Positions 25,901 to 39,520 of a DNA stretch of 64,000 bases are shown in pieces. Origin of the DNA: Piromyces finnis finn. Taxonomy: Eukaryota > Fungi > Neocallimastigomycota. The DNA is taken from contig MCFH01000066.1 of assembly GCA_002104945.1 (NCBI GenBank), forward strand, positions 1 to 64,000, read 5' to 3'. A program made the position numbers and the translations under genes. The notes below the pieces were generated by a model. It saw only the letters and a list, made by a program, of their open reading frames with translations, did no database searches and was not told where the DNA came from. The first letter of the stretch is position 1, and each line of letters opens with the position of its first letter.

Positions 25901-27808
25901 CTTTAATCTGATTTCACAATCGTATTCACGATGTGGAGGTAAAATATTACAATTCTTTTCATTAAAAGCCTCTTTAAATAATAAATATTGATTTGGGATT
26001 TCAACAGATTTTTTATCTTTATTTAAATTATTATTTTCAGTTTTACATTTATTAATAATATTACAAGATAAATCATTACAGTTACTAACGGAATTTAATA
26101 CACAAAAATTGTTATTATTAATCACTTCTTTTGAAAATGAGTATTGTTTTGGTCCAGTGACCGAATTATTATCTTTATTTAAATTATCATCAATACAATT
26201 AATATTATTACATGTACATTTAAAATTACAATTATTATTATTATTATTATTATTGCTATTTAAACTATCACTAAATTTAATTTTATTACAACTATCTAAG
26301 TTACTAATGGTTTTAACGGAGGCTCTACGGCCCCTGATATTAACAGTTTCTTCGTCATCACTAGAGTCACAACAAAAGGATTCGTCATAGTCGGAAAAAC
26401 CACGGTCAATGCAAGAGGATTGTTCATTTTCGTTATCCAAGGCAGCTTCTTTCCCTTTTCTTGATGATGGCATCGATTTCTTATCCATATTGGTTGTACC
26501 CTTATTTCTCCTTTTGCCTACATTACAGTGTCGAGCACAGTATCCTGAGCTAAAGGCAATTTTTGAGGAATCATGATAATAAACTGGACAATGTTTCTCA
26601 ATCCAAGGTACTCCAAGAATAACATCGACTTCGGGAATCCTTAACGAGTACAGTTGAATTACTTCGTAATGGTTCCTTAAACGGAGAATACATTTTTCGG
26701 ATTCTTTTCTAACAGTGGAATTACCTTGACCAAGACCAGAAACCTTAAATGGATTCCTGATATTGTAAAGCTTAATGTTATTAATTCTCGCAAATTCAGG
26801 ATGAATAAAATTTAAATCAGAGCCGGAATCAATAAGGACTTTGACTTTCACTTCTTCCATATCGTTTGTTTTTATATAAAAATCGATGATGTTCTTCTTT
26901 TCACTTTTGTGTATTTTATATAAGTTTGAATCATTCTCAGTAACATCTTTGGTTGGTCTAATTCTTTTGACTGAAGGGGTTGAAGAACTGGCTTCTTCTT
27001 CGGAGATAGTCCTTTTAATAATCTTAACACTCTTAGGCTTTTTCCTGTTTGGACAATTGAACTGCATGTGTCCAGACTTCCCACAAGAAAAACAAACCCC
27101 TTTTTTCTTTAAATCCGATCTAGTAGTAGAAGGTTCAACGTAATTACTTCTGTGAGATGGGAAGTAATTTACGTTTCGTTGACCCTTGCTAATCCTATAT
27201 AGGTCAACATCCATTGGATCGTCACGATTATAATTTCTTCTATCTTGGTGTTTCATATAATATTCGCTGATGTCATTTCTCTTAGTAAGATTTTCTATGC
27301 TAAGGACATCAGAGTAGAGACGCTCTAGCTGAGTAGGATTTGGGTTGACTATTGCTAAATGTTCACGCATTTTTGGATGTAGGCCCTTTGTGAACATATA
27401 TATCTTCGCTGCTTCATTGAAATTAGAGTTTTGGCTAACGCGTTGAAATTCATTAATATATTCAAACACTTTGCCAAACTTTCTTTGTTTTATGTTGCAA
27501 AGTCTTCCATTTGCAACAATTGTGTCATTATTGGGATCCCCGAAATTGGTACGAAGGGCAGCAATAAATTGATCATAGTTTCTTAGAATGGCGTCGTTGT
27601 TCTGTCGTAAACGAGCGGCCCATTCTAAAGGTCTGTTAACAAAGTAAGATATTAAGAAGCGAACTCTCGCTTCATCATTAGCGAATCTATCAGGGTTGGC
27701 TTCAATGGCTAGTTCAACCCTGGTCAAGAACCCATCTAGTTCTTGTCTTCTTCCTGAGAAAGTTGGAGGATCATTAACTATCCTCAAAGACGCCCCTTGA
27801 CGGTCCAT
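22973..27808 (-). pseudogene. Element B Gag-PR-RT-RNaseH-IN-chromodomain polyprotein with one in-frame TGA (23921-23923)
   Basis: CFSCGKSGHMQFNC knuckle, LIDSGS, YIDDILIYS, VETDASN, H..H..C..C, SMDFIVELP, IISD*GTQFTS (probably CGA>TGA), GPF, chromo-like tail. Confidence 0.93.
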
Positions 27809-28044
27809 ATTTCCGTTTAAGTGGAGGTTGGATAAAAGTTGGTTTATTTCTTCCAGTATGTTTAATATTTACTTATTTAATTTTTTACAATATTTTAATT
27901 AAGATGTCGTCGTAACTCTATCCTATCAAACGGTGTTAGACGAGCTCTTAAAAATATAGTAACAAAATTAAATACAGTACAATAGTAGATGTTGGTGGAA
28001 GATTAAATAAAGTTGATCCACAATATATACAAGTACAATGATGG

Positions 28045-28299
28045 ACGCGGTAGATATCTCTAAAGCAAAGTAGTCGTTCTAAATGACACGGTAGCAATAC
28101 CAAAACGCGGTAGATAATCCTTTATTACGCGGTAGCAAATTTCAAAGTAAGGTAGAGAGTCCCTAAAACGCGGTAGTTAGTTTCTAAACACGGTAGCAAA
28201 TTTCAAAGCAAGGTAGAGAGTCCCTAAAACGCGGTAGTTAGTTTCTAAACACGGTAGCAAATTTCAAAGCAAGGTAGAGAGTCCCTAAAACGCGGTAGT
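28045..28299. repeat. ~20-nt-period GGTAG repeat with a 61-bp higher-order unit (x~2.8, from 28130) in the element B 5' leader
   Basis: Unit CGGTAGCAAATTTCAAAGCAAGGTAGAGAGTCCCTAAAACGCGGTAGTTAGTTTCTAAACA; more divergent subunits upstream. Confidence 0.9.
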
Positions 28300-28776
28300 A
28301 AAAAAAATTTTATTAAATATGTTTTATTAAAAAAATTTATAACGTGTTTTATTAGAACAAAGGTAATTGTTATTGCAAAAGTTTTATAAATGTAAAACAG
28401 ATTATAAAATTTTTTACAATAAAACAACAACACAAAATAAAGAAAAAACAAGAAAATAAATTATATTTAAAAAAATATCTCTTTTATTAATTTTATTTAG
28501 TTATTAACTAAATAATAGTCAATAACAATTACATCGTTTTAATTAAGAAAATTTACATGTATTTATATTTTTTGTAAATTATATTTTAATATACTATTCT
28601 ATTTAATTATACATATATTCAATATAAAATAAACAAAACTAATTTAATACTAATTTAATTAAATAATAAAATAATAAAACTAAACTAAAACTAATTAAAT
28701 ACACTTTTGATTCAATTTGAGTAAACTGCAAATTGAATACAGTCCATGTATTACCTATATATTAATTAAATATTAA

Positions 28777-31700
28777 TGTAAAGAAATGTGTCTTTAACAA
28801 TAAAAACAAATTATAATATTTACTAAATAACTTAGTAATATTAACACTTTAAAATATTCTGTAAATTATTAATTTATAAAAATATCATTAAAAACACATA
28901 GAATTTAACTTAATAAGTTAGTGTTTAATAATATAATTATTTATTAATAAAATCTCAATTCTTTAAATATTTGGGAAAATTCACTCGTATTTATACTAAA
29001 AATTTTTTAAATTAATTTATAAAATTTTTTCAACTTAAAATTCTTAACCAATCAATAATCTTCATAAAAATAAAATTTAAGATTAAAATAAAATAAAATA
29101 AATAAAATAAAATATTAATTTTAAAATAGTTTCTACGAGGTCTCGAACTAATGTCATTCAGACCCAAAGTCTTAGCTACTAACCACTAAGACAATTTAGT
29201 TATTTCTAGTATTCGTTACATGGTCCTCCTCCAGGATTCGGATACCAGACGAATCTAGAATTCTAATATTTAAATATGTATATATATATATTTTTTTTAA
29301 TAAGACTAAATTATGGAGTGAATTTTCTTAATTATAAAAATACATTTAATACAATACATTTTTTTTAATATTAATAAAGTTTAAAAATATTGTTAAATTT
29401 GATATTAATAAATTGTTTAATAATAATAAAATTGATATTGATAAGGATATTAATAAGTTTTGATAATAATAATTGTAATTTTAATATTAATAATAAATAT
29501 AATTTTAAAAAAAAATTTCTTTTAACTTTTTCTATTAAATTTTTTAAGTAGTTCCTTGCAATTTAGATTTTCTTCAGGCTCCCACGAAGCTTCATTGATT
29601 GAGTAACCTTTCCATTTAACTAAGTATTGTATTCTTCCGTAATGTTTTCTTTTATCCAGAATTTCTTCAACTTCATATTCTTCTTCATTGTCAACAATAA
29701 TAGGTGGCGGTGGCGGTTGAGATCTTCCAAACTTATCGTCGACATATTTTTCAAGATTGGATACATGAATGACGGGATGGATCTTAATAGATTTTGGGAG
29801 ACTTAACTTAAATGTGACATTTGATATTTTTTCCAAGATTTTGTATGGGCCGAGTTTTCTTGGCTTAAATTTTTTATATACTTTGTGGATAATTAAAGAA
29901 CTATCCAACCAAACTTTGTCACCAACTTTAAAATTTGGAGCTTCTTTTCTAATTTTGTCAGCATACTTCTTTTGAGTTTTGACGGCAGCTTCAAGATTTT
30001 CTTTTAAAGTATCAATTAAATTTTTGAAATCCCTTGTAAACTCTTCGGCTCTTGGTACAATAGATTGATCCGGAATAACTGGTGAATATTTTGGATGAAA
30101 GCCGTAATTCAAAAAAAATGGAGAAAATTTGGATGATTCTTGAATCACATTGTTATAGCTAAATTCTGCAAGACTAAGAAAACTTTTCCAATTTGAAACT
30201 TTATAATTTGAGAAGCATCTTAAGTATTGTTCAATAACGGAGTTCACCCTCTCCGTCTGACCGTTCGACTGATGATGGAAAGGAGTAGACAACTTAAGTT
30301 CAATGCCAAGGGAAGAACAGATGGAATGGAAAAATTTAGAGGTAAACTGAGAACCTCTATCCGAGACAATAGATTCAGGTAGACCATGAAGATGGAAAAT
30401 ATTATCAATGAAGGCAGTAGCAGTTTCGGCGGCGGAAGGAATACTTTTGAACGGAATGAGATGAACCATTTTAGTAAGACGATCAACAACAACGAGAATA
30501 CAAGTGAAACCAGAAGATGGAGGCAAATCAGTGATGAAATCCATTGAAATGGATGACCACGGACGTTCAGCAATATCAAGAGGATTCAGAAGACCATAAG
30601 GTTTGTGACGAAAGGATTTTGAACGACAACAAACTTCACACGAACGAACGTAGTCTTTAACATCAGAAGAAATGGAAGGCCACCAGAAGTCACTAGCAAT
30701 AAGAGAAGAAGTTTTCTTTATTCCGAAATGTCCAGCAGATGGAGAATCATGGCAAAGCTTTAAAATTGAAAGACGACAATTTGAAGGAACATAGATTCGA
30801 TCAGTAAAAAGAAGAAAACTATTGCTTAAGGAAAATTTGTCTATCTGAGGATGAGGTATAGGAGGTTTCCTACAATCAAGATATTTACAGATTTTGTTGT
30901 AAAAATCATCATTTTTATATTCAGAAAGAAAAGAATCACTAATCGACGAAACAGAAGTTACAATGGCACAAAAATTTTCAGGGCGGAGAACATTAAAAGG
31001 AACATCAGAAGAGGAGTTCGAATAGATAGCATAATCAGGGCGACGAGATAGAGCATCAGGCTTACCGTTAGAAGAACCAGAACGATAAATAATAACAAAG
31101 TTAAATTCAGAGAGAAACAAAGCCCAGCGAACAAGACGTTGAGACATTTTTTCAGGTTTCTTTTGATAGAGTAAATTTCGATGATCCGAGTAAATCTTAA
31201 AAGTGGAAGACGAGCCTTTAAGTAGATGACGCCAAGTTTCAAGAGCAGCAACAATAGCTAATAACTCTTTATCATATATTGGATAATTACGTTCAGGACC
31301 AGTAAGAGAGCGGGAAAAGAAAGCAACTGGATGGGTCATATTATCAGTTGGAGAGACTTGTGAAAGAATAGCACCAATGGCAAAATTACTTGAATCAGTT
31401 TCGACTATAAACGGAAGTTCACGATTAGGAAATATTAGAACAGGAGCAGAAATAAATAACGTCTTGAGTGAATCAAAAGCATCTTGAGCTTCTTTAGACC
31501 ATATGAATTTGACATTTTTCTTCAAAAGCTTATGTAAAGGGTGAGCAATCTTTGCGAAATTTGGAATAAACCGACGGTAGTAGTTCACAAGACCAAGAAA
31601 AGACTGAACCTCTTTTACATTAGTTGGAGTAGGCCAGTTTAAAATAGAAGAAACTTTATTTGGGTCCATATGAATACCATCAGTAGAAATCCTATGTCCG

Positions 31701-34700
31701 AGAAAATCAATGAAAGAAACGAAGAATTCACATTTTTCTAATTTTGCATAAAGTCCAGCATCTCTTAGGAGTTTCAATACAGTTCTAACATGAGAAATAT
31801 GAGTTTTATAATTGGATGAAAAAATAATAATATCATCTATATAAGAGAAAGCAAATTTTCCAAGAACATCTTCAAGTACATCATTTATAAAATGTTGAAA
31901 AACAGCAGTGCATTTTTCAACCCAAAAGGCATCACACAGTATTCGAAATGGCCTAACTTTCAAGTAAAAGCAGTTTTATATTCATCGCCACTTTTAATCC
32001 TGACCAAGTTATAAGCAGAACGAAGATCCAATTTTGAGAAAATCTTCCCTTTTCCAAGATGTTCAAGCATATCTTGTATAAGAGGAAGGGGATAAGAATC
32101 ACGAATGGTTATGGAATTCAATTGGCGATAGTCAACACACATACGAAGTTGACCATTTTTCTTAGGTACGAACAGAATAGGAGCTCCAGCAGGCGATTTT
32201 GATTTTCTAATAAATCCTTTCTTGAGATTTTCTTTTATATATTCTTCTAAAGCAATTGATTCGGTTTCTGTTAGAGGATAAATTGGTCCATAGAAAAGTT
32301 TTGAATTTTCTTTGAGTTTTATTTCGCAATCGTATGGACGGTGTGGAGGAAGTTTTTCTGCATTAGATTCATTGAACACATCAGCAAAGTCAGAGAGAAC
32401 ATCCGGAAGTGTATTAGAAGAATTGGGTTCTGATTTAGAGTTAGAATTATCAGTAATATCGGATTTGATAATAGAATTGGATTGAATATTAGAATCAGAA
32501 AAAGAAGTCAAAACAGAAGTTGGTTTTTGATTTGAGAGAGACGAAGTAGAAAAGTTAACAGAAGACTTCTTAGAAACAGAATTGTTAATGTTTTTTGAAG
32601 AACCCGAACAGAGATTATTACAAGTATGATGAGTTTCGTTTTGATTAAAGTTTTGAGATTGGATGTTTTGATTATCGACAATTATAGGGTAAGCGAATGA
32701 ATCATGCGGAGGTTCGTAGGAAGGATCTTCCATTGCAGGAAAAGCAGATCTTTCTTCAGGAAATTCAGGGACATTATTGGAGAGTGTTATACAACGATTA
32801 TAACAGTAATCGGATACAAATGAAATTTTGTTCTTTGTGAAATCGATAGAAGGATTGTGTTCTTTAAGCCAGTCTATTCCAAGAATACAAGGATAATAAG
32901 GTAGATCAGTTACATAGAATTGTGTTCGACAGAGATGATCTTTGTAGCGAAGATTCAAAGGAGATGTAATTCCAAAAAGAGATTGTCGACCACCGATACC
33001 AACGATATTTGGGAGGTTACCGTCATCATGATAAGGAATGTTATTATCGTTACAGTAATCTACATCAATTAAATTGAGTTTGGATCCTGAGTCAATAAGA
33101 ATATCCGTATTTAGTTCATAAGAAAGTTTAAATTTAGTTGTCATTTTATTATGAGTTTTGTTTTCTTCTTTAGGAGCGGATATAAGTGTGGGAATAGATA
33201 TTAGTGAAGGATTTTCACGATCTTTATTCTTTCTTTTTGGACAATTATTAAGCTTATGACTTGAAGCACCACAATACACACAAAGATTTTCTTTCTTTCT
33301 TCTTTCCTTTTCTTCGTTTGAGATAGGGCCATGGTTATTCCTGTTTGTAATGGACTTTGTTATTTTTGAAGAGTGATGAAAAGATCTTTTCTTTCGGTTT
33401 TGGTTATTGTTTGAACCAGAAGGGAAAAAGGTATGATGTGTAGATAATCTTGAATCGATTCTTGAAGCAATAGTCTGTAATGAAAGAAGATCCCTAGGAC
33501 CCGGAAACATTTCCAAAATACGAACGGCAACTTGTTGATTAAGGCCAGCTATAAATGCATCCATTTTGGCTTGTTCATTCCAGTTTGATTCATCAGCATA
33601 GCGGTTAAATTCCAAGATATATCCTCTAATTCCTCCTAATCGGCGTTGTTTTAAGGTTCTAAGCATTTGATTTGCAACATAGGTAGCATCGTTATAACCA
33701 TAAAAAGCCTTAAACCTGTCAACAAAAGCTTGGTAGTTATTAAGACACGGATCATGGTTGTTTATAAGAGTAGCAGCCCAGTTCATAGCGTCTCCATAAA
33801 GTCTTGATATTATGTAGAGAATTTTGGTTGCGTCGTCTTGATACCGTTCAGGATATAGCATAAACACTAGCTCCACCTTAGCTAAGAAACCCTTCAGATA
33901 TCTGCGATCCCCTGCAAAACCATCCTTAAGAGTTGCGTTTTCGAAAATATTATTATTATCCATGTGGTTGTTTTCGTTCTCTTCCATAGTACTTATGATG
34001 TTTTCTTTAATAAGCTTTAATAAATTTGTAAAAATAATAGAATAAAGTATTTAATTATATTTATTAATTGAGTAAATCTTTTAATTAAATAATAATATAA
34101 ACCAGATTATATAGTGTTAAACCATCAAATATATAACCTGTTTTATTCTTTATAATAAGTCCTTCGTAGCTCTTCACGATAACACGTATAAAGTCGATTG
34201 TTAATATTAATTAAATTAATAAAAGAAAGGAACGGTGTAAAAATTTTTTTTAGTGTCTAACTTATTGTTAGCAATAAAAATTATTACAGGTTTTCTTTCC
34301 CTATATCAACCTTATCCGAACGTAGAAGTATTATGTATAAGAGTTTAACTTCTCACGCTAAAGGAGTTATAAAGAATATTATTTTATATTATTACAATTT
34401 TAATAAATTGTCTTAACAATTAATAATTATAATTAAAAATTAGAAATTGTTTTATTAGAAAACTTAATTTTAAAATGTATTAATTAAGAAATATTATTTT
34501 ATTAAAGTAAGGCATTTCCGGCTATTTTCCGGTCTATAATCAAACAGCAAAAGATAGTATACAACTATAAATCTCACGCCAGCTTGCTTATTACAGCGTC
34601 TTGTACGTGGTGTACCTCGGATTCTCCTACTTCCTTATTCAAAGTAGAATAGCTCAGAGCCTGCCAACCCAATTATTGTACAGGTTAAACTCGATCCCGT

Positions 34701-35322
34701 TAATCTTTTACTTTTTATAGTTTGAATTATATACCGCTTCTAAAGCGTACTAATTCTACTACTTTAAGTAAAAATATTTCTTTAAAGAAAAGCTTCAACA
34801 ATAAAACTTAAAAGTTTTATCTATAACAATTTCTTAAACACTAAGGTATTAAGCTTTTATATTATAAGGAGATTTTATTGTAAAGAAATGTGTCTTTAAC
34901 AATAAAAACAAATTATAATATTTACTAAATAACTTAGTAATATTAACACTTTAAAATATTCTGTAAATTATTAATTTATAAAAATATCATTAAAAACACA
35001 TAGAATTTAACTTAATAAGTTAGTGTTTAATAATATAATTATTTATTAATAAAATCTCAATTCTTTAAATATTTGGGAAAATTCACTCGTATTTATACTA
35101 AAAATTTTTTAAATTAATTTATAAAATTTTTTCAACTTAAAATTCTTAACCAATCAATAATCTTCATAAAAATAAAATTTAAGATTAAAATAAAATAAAA
35201 TAAATAAAATAAAATATTAATTTTAAAATAGTTTCTACGAGGTCTCGAACTAATGTCATTCAGACCCAAAGTCTTAGCTACTAACCACTAAGACAATTTA
35301 GTTATTTCTAGTATTCGTTACA
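28777..35322 (-). mobile_element. Ty3/Gypsy chromovirus element G; LTRs 28777-29220 and 34879-35322 (444 bp)
   Basis: TSD ATTAA (28772-28776 / 35323-35327); LTRs look identical by eye; PPT GGAGGAGGACCA on the minus strand. Confidence 0.93.
29522..33987 (-). pseudogene. Element G Gag-Pol with canonical chromodomain; TGA plus a 1-nt deletion in RT near 31910-31962
   Basis: [41 protein letters not shown] then frame change, [50 protein letters not shown]. Confidence 0.93.
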
Positions 35323-35370
35323 ATTAATAATACTATTTATTATATATTTATAATTAAAAATGCTAATTTA

Positions 35371-36013
35371 TGTCAAGAGTTAGAGTGGATTTAGAATTAT
35401 AATTAAGTCTACTAGGTTAGGATAGGCTTAATTATATAGTAAATAATAAATTTTTATAAATAAAAGAGTAATAAATATAGTTTTTTAAGAAATATTTTAT
35501 TTAATTTTTATAATATAAGTAAATGATAATTATTAATTTTAAATATTGAATTTACTATATAAAAATGAGTATAATAATCTCACAAAGAACTTCTTAAAGT
35601 TGTTCTTTGTTCAACTTATTTATACTTCATTTTTAATATAATGTTGATATTAATAAAGTATAATAATAATATAATTTAAGTTATACATGTATAATAATAT
35701 AAATATAAATATTAATAAAATATAATAGTAATAATAATATAATTTTCTTTAAATATCGATATTAATAAGTTGTTAAAAATAATATTAATAATTATTTAAA
35801 TGAATCTTATTTTACTAATTGGTTTGTTTAATATTAATTAATTGTTACACTCTATTTATCTCCGGATAATAAATAGCTTTCCAATTAATATTTATATTAA
35901 ATAAACTATTATTAGTAAAATATTATTAAATTAATATTTTAATTAATTTAACTATTAATTCAAAATTATGAAATTTCATGAAATGTCAAATTTCATGAAT
36001 TGTGATTTTGACA
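35371..36013. mobile_element. Solo LTR, family H, inserted in the element B 5' LTR
   Basis: TGTCAA...TTGACA; TSD ATTTA (35366-35370 / 36014-36018). Confidence 0.88.
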
Positions 36014-36995
36014 ATTTAAAACTACGCTAAAGTTATTAAACTAATTTTAATTAAATAAAAACTTTTTAAGATTTAATTTGAATATTTAAAATATTTAAAT
36101 TTAATTATCCATTAATTTAAATATTTATCCAAATTTCATTTCTAACTTTGATATTTTAAAATTAATATTTATTTAATTATTCCATAAAATTTATACAATA
36201 AATTTTATAAACAATTTTTTCATTAAAATATCAAAATTATTATTAAATAATTATTAATTAATTATTAAATAATTTAAAGATATACTTTATATCTTTACAA
36301 TTACTTCTTTTTTTCGAGGGGCGCGGCTGTTTATATGATTTTATATGATTCTAGTAATTATTTTCTGAAATTCTAGATTTTCCAAGGAATCTATTTCTAC
36401 TAACTTTCTTTTGTATTCTTTTTCTATCTCTTTTCTATATATATATATACTTTTTATATACTTTATATTATGTGTATATTTATATATTTGTATAATTTTA
36501 TTAGGTTTATTATGGACTCTCATGGTAAGTATTAACTACTTTTTTTTAACATTTTTTGTCATCAAAGCTTCAATCCTGGAAAATCGAGTATTCTATTTTT
36601 ATGATATATATACTACTCTTGTTTCAATTTTATATTTTTTTTTAAAAAAAAAATTTATTATGTTTACCCTATATTCTTCAACTGTTTTTTCCATTATATT
36701 TTGATATAACAACTTTCCACTCTTATTATCTCTCTACCTTCCAACACAAATAACCTTAATGAATGTTCTAATCCTATAATCAGAATCAACACAATACAAT
36801 AATTATCCAATAAATTATTCAAATCTTATTAATATAAAAAGTTTTCAAAATACAGTTATAACACAGAAATTCAAAGTGATAGATATTCAAAATTTATTTT
36901 CCCGTTTAAAAGTTTTCAGTAGAGTTAGAACTAAGTTTTTCAACAACTTAGTCTCTTTTCCAATTATAAAATTTAAAATATTGTTTGACAAATAA

Positions 36996-37333
36996 TCCAC
37001 TAGCTATATAATATATCCGTCTTTACTAATATTATTTATATCTTACTATATATTTCAATACTTCAAATTATTAATATCTATTGCCATAATTAGTTCTTTC
37101 AAAATGAACAATGTCAATTGTACTGTACCTACCTTACTATGTGGTCTTCGTTTCTTCGGATCTAACTCCAATAAATCATACCTAATTTTTATCTATGATC
37201 TTAGTTAATGGTCCAAACAACGACTAATGGAATTTCTTTTAAAGGACATTCAACCTTTCAATGATATTCTTCAATCCCTTACTAAAAAATATTCACAATC
37301 ACTAGATACCTATTTTATTCTAAAAGTCAATGG
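36996..37333 (+). mobile_element. 5' fragment of LINE family 2 (leader + start of ORF)
   Basis: Matches 12252-12322 joined directly to 17673-17940, i.e. the empty site of the family 1 insertion. Confidence 0.85.
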
Positions 37334-38930
37334 TAATCCATAATAATATAACTGTTGGACTTGTTATCGAAACCTAAATGGATACCTTTGATGGAATTAG
37401 GATCAAATTTTGATTTAGACTGAGCAAAATTTTTATAATAAGCAATACACCCGAAAACTATAATATGGTCAAATTTCACTGGTGAGTTGAAAAATACCTC
37501 ATCAGGAATTTTGTAGACAATACCACTGTGAGGGGTTAGGTTATATTCATATTTAGAAAATCTAAAAGCGAAATCCCGAAACATTGTACCAATGTTACTC
37601 CAGGTTAGAATGGTCTTTGCGGAAGCTATAAGTGTTTGATTAAACCTTTTAGCTATGCCGTTGTTTTGAGGATTATATGGAGGAGAGAATGTTTTAGCAA
37701 TACCTTTGCTTTTACAATAGTTAATAATTTTGTTGTTATTATATTCCTTCCCGTTGTCAGATTTAAAAAATTTAATGTTATGATTCTCATATTGATTATC
37801 CAAAAAAGTAAAAAATTCCAGAATAGTTTTAACAGCTTCGGCCTTAGCAGAAAGTGTAAAAATCCAGTTTTTCCTTGAAAATTCATAAATAAAGGTAATG
37901 AATATTTTACCTTGAATGAGACAGGTAAAGGACCGATGATATCGGAATGTATTGTTTCCAAAATTTTTTCAGCTTTTGGAGTTTCTCTATTATGAGGGAG
38001 TCGTTTTAATTTGGAGATATCACAATAAGGACATCTATGATTATTAAGTTGATTGATTTTTAATTGTTTGTCGAAGTTATTATTATAAAAATGACCTAAC
38101 CTTCTATGCCATAAGCTATAGTCAGTATTATCGGTATTGTCAATGTTGCTAATGTTGGAAGGTATTTTATTAATCATGGAATTAAATATATCAATTACGA
38201 ATGTGTTATGACCCATAATTGATGTATATGTACCGATGATATTATCGTCGTGGTAAAGGGTTAGTTTATTACTATTATTATTATCCATTTTAGTAGTGCA
38301 TACAATACCAGAGTATGCTAATTTTACACCACTAATTAAGTTTTTGTTAACCTGGCTAGAATAAAAAACTTTATTGAGAGTTAAGCAAAACTTGTTAACA
38401 TAGCTAGCAAAGGTTCCGTAACCTTCAATGAGAGCATTTGGACCCATTTACACAGTATAAAATGATCTTCTTGTTAACAAAGTTGGATAATAAATTTTTG
38501 TCATTGGTGACATGTACAACGGCTCCTGAGTCGTAAACCCATTTTGGGAAGTTGTACTTGTCATTGTCTTGATTTTTGTCAATGTCGTAGTTGTTAATAG
38601 TGTCTAAATTATTTATGTTGTTCATATAAGGTCTGATGTCTTCAAAATCGACTTCGTCATCAAAATAATGGTGATTTTAGAACTGGGGAACATGTTCAAT
38701 GTTATAAAAGTATTTATTGTTTTTGTTAAAATTATTATAACTATTATTATTATAGTTATTATTGTTATTGTAATTCATTCTGAGATTTTTGTTGGTTCTC
38801 ACATTGTATATGCAATCCTGAGTTCGGTGCAAATTGGGTTTGTTGCATATGTGACAGAAGACTCTAACACTAACCCTTTTATTAGGTTTATGTTTATGTT
38901 GATTATTGTACGAATTTGTTTTGGGTCTCT
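37327..38930 (-). pseudogene. Ty1/Copia Gag knuckle-protease-integrase remnant
   Basis: CHICNKPNLHRTQDC knuckle (~38800-38845), WVYDSGA protease, LWHRRLGH..CPYC, IHSDIIGP, FKSDNGKEY, PYNPQNNG; frameshifted. Confidence 0.85.
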
Positions 38931-39414
38931 AACGATATAAAGATGATACGTTGACCGATATATTTTTGAATAATATAATATTTTTAATAAATAATAAATT
39001 CTAATATTTATGATGAAACGATAAATTTAAAATAAAATAAAATATGTTTTATAATTAACAAATAAATCACTCAAAAACTCGAAATTAAACTCTTTTATTA
39101 TGTTTAAATTGTCTCTTTATTATATTTTTATAATTTATTTATTGTCTATTTATTGTCTGATTTTTATAAAGAAGAATTTTATCTTCTTTTTATTCATTTT
39201 TCATTTATTACATGTATTATTTTTAACTATTAAATATTATTAATATTGTTATTATTTATTAAAATTAAAGAATAAATTAAAATTATGTCTTAATATTATA
39301 AAATATTATAGAATATTACTTATTTGATTTTCTTATTACTTCAAAATATTTAAATTTAGAAAAATTATTATAAATTATCATTAACTATCATTAAATGTAT
39401 AATACCTTGAATAA

Positions 39415-39520
39415 AATAATTAAAATCTAAATTTAAAATAATATTAAAATAATATTAAAATAATATTAAAATAAAATTAAAATAAAATTAAAATAATATT
39501 AAAATAAAATTAAAATAAAG
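39415..39520. repeat. 10-bp AT-rich tandem repeat (AATAATATTA / AATAAAATTA)
   Basis: About 9 consecutive units visible. Confidence 0.6.

Larger units (their letters stand above)
22219..36299 (-). mobile_element. Ty3/Gypsy chromovirus element B; 3' LTR 22219-22941; 5' LTR 28374-36299, split by elements G and H
   Basis: TSD ATTAC (22214-22218 / 36300-36304); PPT AAAGGACGAGAT next to the 3' LTR; the 5' LTR reassembles from 28374-28776, 35328-35370 and 36019-36299. Confidence 0.92.

Noticed and set aside
28045-28299. CRISPR-like repeat/spacer array
   Set aside because: The core is only ~6-8 nt, the spacers themselves repeat as a 61-bp unit, there are no cas genes, and it lies in a eukaryotic retroelement leader.
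29221-29246. tRNA-type PBS (TGGTCCTCCTCCAGGATTCG) implying a plus-strand element G
   Set aside because: The ORFs are on the minus strand, where this is the PPT. It is one base short of a tRNA 3' end, and a self-priming PBS exists at the other LTR.
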